A DNA stretch of 20,000 nucleotides from an uncultured virus (IMG/VR IMGVR_UViG_3300000553_000028) (Duplodnaviria > Heunggongvirae > Uroviricota > Caudoviricetes): IMG/VR virus record IMGVR_UViG_3300000553_000028. One strand, given 5' to 3'. Numbering within the stretch: position 1 is the stretch's first letter; each line of letters begins with the position of its first letter. Below the pieces are notes generated by a model, which saw only the letters and a list, made by a program, of their open reading frames with translations, ran no database searches and was not told the origin of the DNA. Positions 17,717 to 20,000 of this stretch are shown one piece after another. The translations under genes and the position numbers were made by a program.

Positions 17717-18235
17717 ATGAAATTATCAGGATTAGTTCCAATGGGAGCTTTAGGAATAGCTTCAAAAGGACATAAATTAGTAAAGGAAAACGAAATAGAT
17801 GTTTGTCCTAAATGTGGTAAAGAAGTGTGTGAATGTGGAATGGGTGAAGACACTGTACCAGCAGATACCGATACAAATGTAGCAAACGGATTACCGCAAA
17901 CTCAAGGTGATGAAAAGAAATTAACTTTAAGTAGAGAACATTTCAAAAACATCGTTAGAGAAGTAATGAAAGAAGAAGGTGAATATCAAAAAGTATTTCA
18001 CAAATTGTTAAATAAATTTGGTGTTAAATCTCCAGCTGAATTAAGTCCAGAACAAAAGAAAAAGTTTTTTAACTTAGCTAAAGGGATTCAAACCGAATTA
18101 GCAGAAAGAAGTAAAATTAAAGAAGCTGAATTAAAAGGTGGACAAAAAAAATTAGATGTTGACCACGATGGTGACATTGAGGCCGATGATTTAGCTAAAT
18201 TAAGAGCTAGAAAAAACGAATCTAAAAAGAAATAA
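17717..18235 (+). CDS. Hypothetical modular protein with a Cys4 knuckle and an EF-hand-like loop
   Basis: CPKCGKEVCECG (17804-17839), EYQKVFHKLLNKFGVKSPAEL helix module, DVDHDGDIEADD (18155-18190). Confidence 0.8.
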   Translation: MKLSGLVPMGALGIASKGHKLVKENEIDVCPKCGKEVCECGMGEDTVPADTDTNVANGLPQTQGDEKKLTLSREHFKNIVREVMKEEGEYQKVFHKLLNKFGVKSPAELSPEQKKKFFNLAKGIQTELAERSKIKEAELKGGQKKLDVDHDGDIEADDLAKLRARKNESKKK

Positions 18236-18251
18236 ATAGAGAGGTATCTAT

Positions 18252-19115
18252 ATGTTATTAAAAAGAGGTGATAACAACGAAAACGTAAAACAATTACAAA
18301 TCAAATTAGGATTAGACCCAATTGGAAACTTTGGACCTAAAACTGAAGAAGCTGTAAAGGCATATCAATCTAGAAATGGTTTAACCGCAGATGGTATTGT
18401 TGGAAACGGAACTTGGAATAAGATTATGGGTATTACTGAAGCAATAGCTCCGGTAGCACCAACGGCAATTGCAACCCCAACACCAACCGCAACTCCTGTG
18501 GTAAGTGTAGGTGGGTTAAAGTTAGATACACTTAAAGGACACGTTCCTGATTCTGTTATAGCAATGATTCCAGAAGTAGCATCTAAATTTGAAATCAACA
18601 CTCCATTAAGATTGGCCCATTTCTTAGCACAATGTGGACATGAAAGTGGTGGATTCAAAATAACACAAGAGAACTTAAATTATTCAGCAAAAGGATTAAA
18701 CGGAATATTCAAAAAGTATTTCCCAACTGAAGCATCAGCACAACCATACGAAAGAAAACCACAAATGATTGCAAATAAAGTTTACTCTAATAGAATGGGT
18801 AACGGAACTGAAGCAAGTGGTGATGGTTGGAAGTTTCATGGTAGAGGGTTTATACAATTAACAGGAAAAGATAACTATACAGCATTCTCTAAATCAATTG
18901 GAGTAGATTGTGTAGCAAATCCTGATTTAGTAGCAACTCAATACGCATTAGCAAGTGCAGCATGGTTCTTCAACAAAAACGGATTACATAAATTAGCAGA
19001 CGGTGGTGCAAACGATGCAACTGTAACTACAATTACAAAAAGAGTAAATGGTGGAACTATTGGATTGCCTGACAGAATTGCACACTTTAACGAATTTTAC
19101 AAATTATTAGCATAG
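18252..19115 (+). CDS. Modular endolysin: N-terminal peptidoglycan-binding domain, Pro/Thr/Ala linker and GH19 (chitinase/lysozyme-like) catalytic domain
   Basis: LKRGD..VKQLQ..FGPKTEEAVKAYQ..GLTADGIVG..TW (PG_binding_1). AHFLAQCGHESGGF, ENLNYS, GRGFIQLTGKDNY, SAAWFF and TKRVNGG fit GH19. Confidence 0.93.
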   Translation: MLLKRGDNNENVKQLQIKLGLDPIGNFGPKTEEAVKAYQSRNGLTADGIVGNGTWNKIMGITEAIAPVAPTAIATPTPTATPVVSVGGLKLDTLKGHVPDSVIAMIPEVASKFEINTPLRLAHFLAQCGHESGGFKITQENLNYSAKGLNGIFKKYFPTEASAQPYERKPQMIANKVYSNRMGNGTEASGDGWKFHGRGFIQLTGKDNYTAFSKSIGVDCVANPDLVATQYALASAAWFFNKNGLHKLADGGANDATVTTITKRVNGGTIGLPDRIAHFNEFYKLLA

Positions 19116-19117
19116 TA

Positions 19118-19126
19118 ATATTTATA
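19118..19126 (+). promoter_or_regulatory. ATATTTATA motif, putative late promoter (copy 5)
   Basis: Exact 9-mer, 18 nt before ATG 19145. Confidence 0.65.
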
Positions 19127-19144
19127 GTATAACCAAAAAAAACA

Positions 19145-20000
19145 ATGGCAGATATTAAATTAAAAGATTTACTATCAGAAGGTAAATCATCAAAAGTAAA
19201 TGAAATTCAATTAAACGAATCAGCTGCAGCTGCATTAAATGTTGCAATAGCTAGTGCTATGATAATAGCCGCTCCTCTTGCAATAACTGGAGCTCATTAT
19301 GTAAAAGGTTTGGTTAATGATATTAGAGACCACTATGCAGGTAAAAAAATTGATATGGATGCATTTATCAAAAAAACAGCAGAAGCAACTACTGAATTGG
19401 ATGATGCACAAAGACAATCAATTGCACATGATATATCTAGAATGGCTATTCACATGGATGAAAAATCGTATAAAGATGCTAGTTGGTATATGGGTGCTAT
19501 TGATGATAGGGTTAAGGAAATGAATGACCGTAATAATAGTGATTATAGTACTGGTTTATTTAAAGATGCATGGTTAGCTAGACAAGAAGATAAAAAGAAA
19601 AATCCTGAAAAATACAAACCAGCTCCAGAAAAGGTAGCAGCAAATGTAGAAAAATATAAAGATGCTGTTGCAAGTGAAAGAGAAATAAATAGTTTACAAA
19701 AAGATAAAAGATTAAGAGGTGTAATGGTTAAGAATCCTGTATCGGGAAAAGAAATGGATATACAACATGCATTGGATATGGATAATAGTAGTTGGTTTCC
19801 AGCAGCATTAGATAAAGCACGTGAATTAACTGGAACTAAACCTACTACACAAAAACCACAACAACCAAAAGCAGAAAAAGATCCTGCTGATACTAATAGA
19901 GATGCTAAATTACAACAATTAGCTAAATTACAACAACAAAAGGCACAACAAGATAAACAAAAAGCAGCAACTGGTGGAGCAAGTGCAAATCAACAAAAAG
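19145..20000 (+). CDS. Partial hypothetical protein running off the window end, putative head-packaged protein; not in the ORF track
   Basis: Open from ATG 19145 to the end: MADIKLKDLLSEGKSSKVNEIQLNESAAAALNVAIASAMIIAAPLAITGAHY...VKNPVSGKEMDIQHALDMD...QQK. Confidence 0.88.
   Translation, partial: MADIKLKDLLSEGKSSKVNEIQLNESAAAALNVAIASAMIIAAPLAITGAHYVKGLVNDIRDHYAGKKIDMDAFIKKTAEATTELDDAQRQSIAHDISRMAIHMDEKSYKDASWYMGAIDDRVKEMNDRNNSDYSTGLFKDAWLARQEDKKKNPEKYKPAPEKVAANVEKYKDAVASEREINSLQKDKRLRGVMVKNPVSGKEMDIQHALDMDNSSWFPAALDKARELTGTKPTTQKPQQPKAEKDPADTNRDAKLQQLAKLQQQKAQQDKQKAATGGASANQQK
19721..19828 (+). repeat. NPxTG protein module, copy 4 (in a different gene)
   Basis: VMVKNPVSGKEMDIQHALDMDNSSWFPAALDKAREL. 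Confidence 0.55.

Noticed and set aside
18236..18251. ATAGA-gaggta-TCTAT hairpin as a terminator or SD-sequestering structure
   Set aside because: Only a 5-bp AU-rich stem with the SD-like bases in the loop and no U-tract, too weak to call as a feature.
5163..19417. All minus-strand ORFs in the track (for example 7223-7459, 8561-8914, 10457-10819, 18365-18658)
   Set aside because: They lie antisense to long, motif-bearing + strand genes, have shadow-like F/L/S/I-rich composition and show no recognisable motifs.
19317..19523. 68-aa + strand ORF
   Set aside because: Out of frame inside the longer ORF starting at 19145, which the track omitted because it has no stop in the window.
1..20000. 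Stop-codon reassignment, as seen in some large phages
   Set aside because: Genes are full-length and tightly packed under the standard code. TAG ends three genes at sensible positions. TGA is not used as a stop in the called genes, but it does not interrupt any either.
1..20000. CRISPR array, tRNA/rRNA genes, IS elements or intrinsic terminators
   Set aside because: Intergenic gaps are all under 50 nt and AT-rich. I saw no spaced repeats, cloverleafs, transposase motifs or GC-rich hairpins followed by a U-tract.

Overview
An AT-rich, tightly packed window with all credible genes on the + strand, best read as part of a large tailed-phage genome with a T4-like head module. A Bacteroidota-type host is a tentative inference. 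(1) 1-6425 is an accessory sugar-modification cluster: two 2OG-Fe(II) oxygenases, a GDP-fucose-synthase-like SDR with non-canonical catalytic residues, two paralogous SGNH-like proteins flanking a stand-alone transketolase/E1-beta pyrimidine-binding domain, a GT10-like protein and a 39-aa basic ORF missing from the track. (2) 6441-10742 encodes a 1433-aa mosaic protein. It has a DUF5661-like motif, three copies of an 'NPxTG..AL.YD' module, a Gly/His-rich hydrophobic segment, a KxDG ligase-superfamily domain and an HxGH (NMNAT/CoaD-like) nucleotidyltransferase, with candidate prohead-protease sites between several modules. (3) 10788-20000 is a packaging/head region: a Cys-rich protein, a membrane protein, the terminase large subunit, a gp20-like portal, putative head-internal proteins, a PG-binding + GH19 endolysin and a partial ORF carrying a fourth copy of the NPxTG module. 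The 9-mer ATATTTATA, which contains the reverse complement of the T4 late promoter core, sits in five intergenic gaps. All family assignments come from motif recognition by eye; no searches were run.
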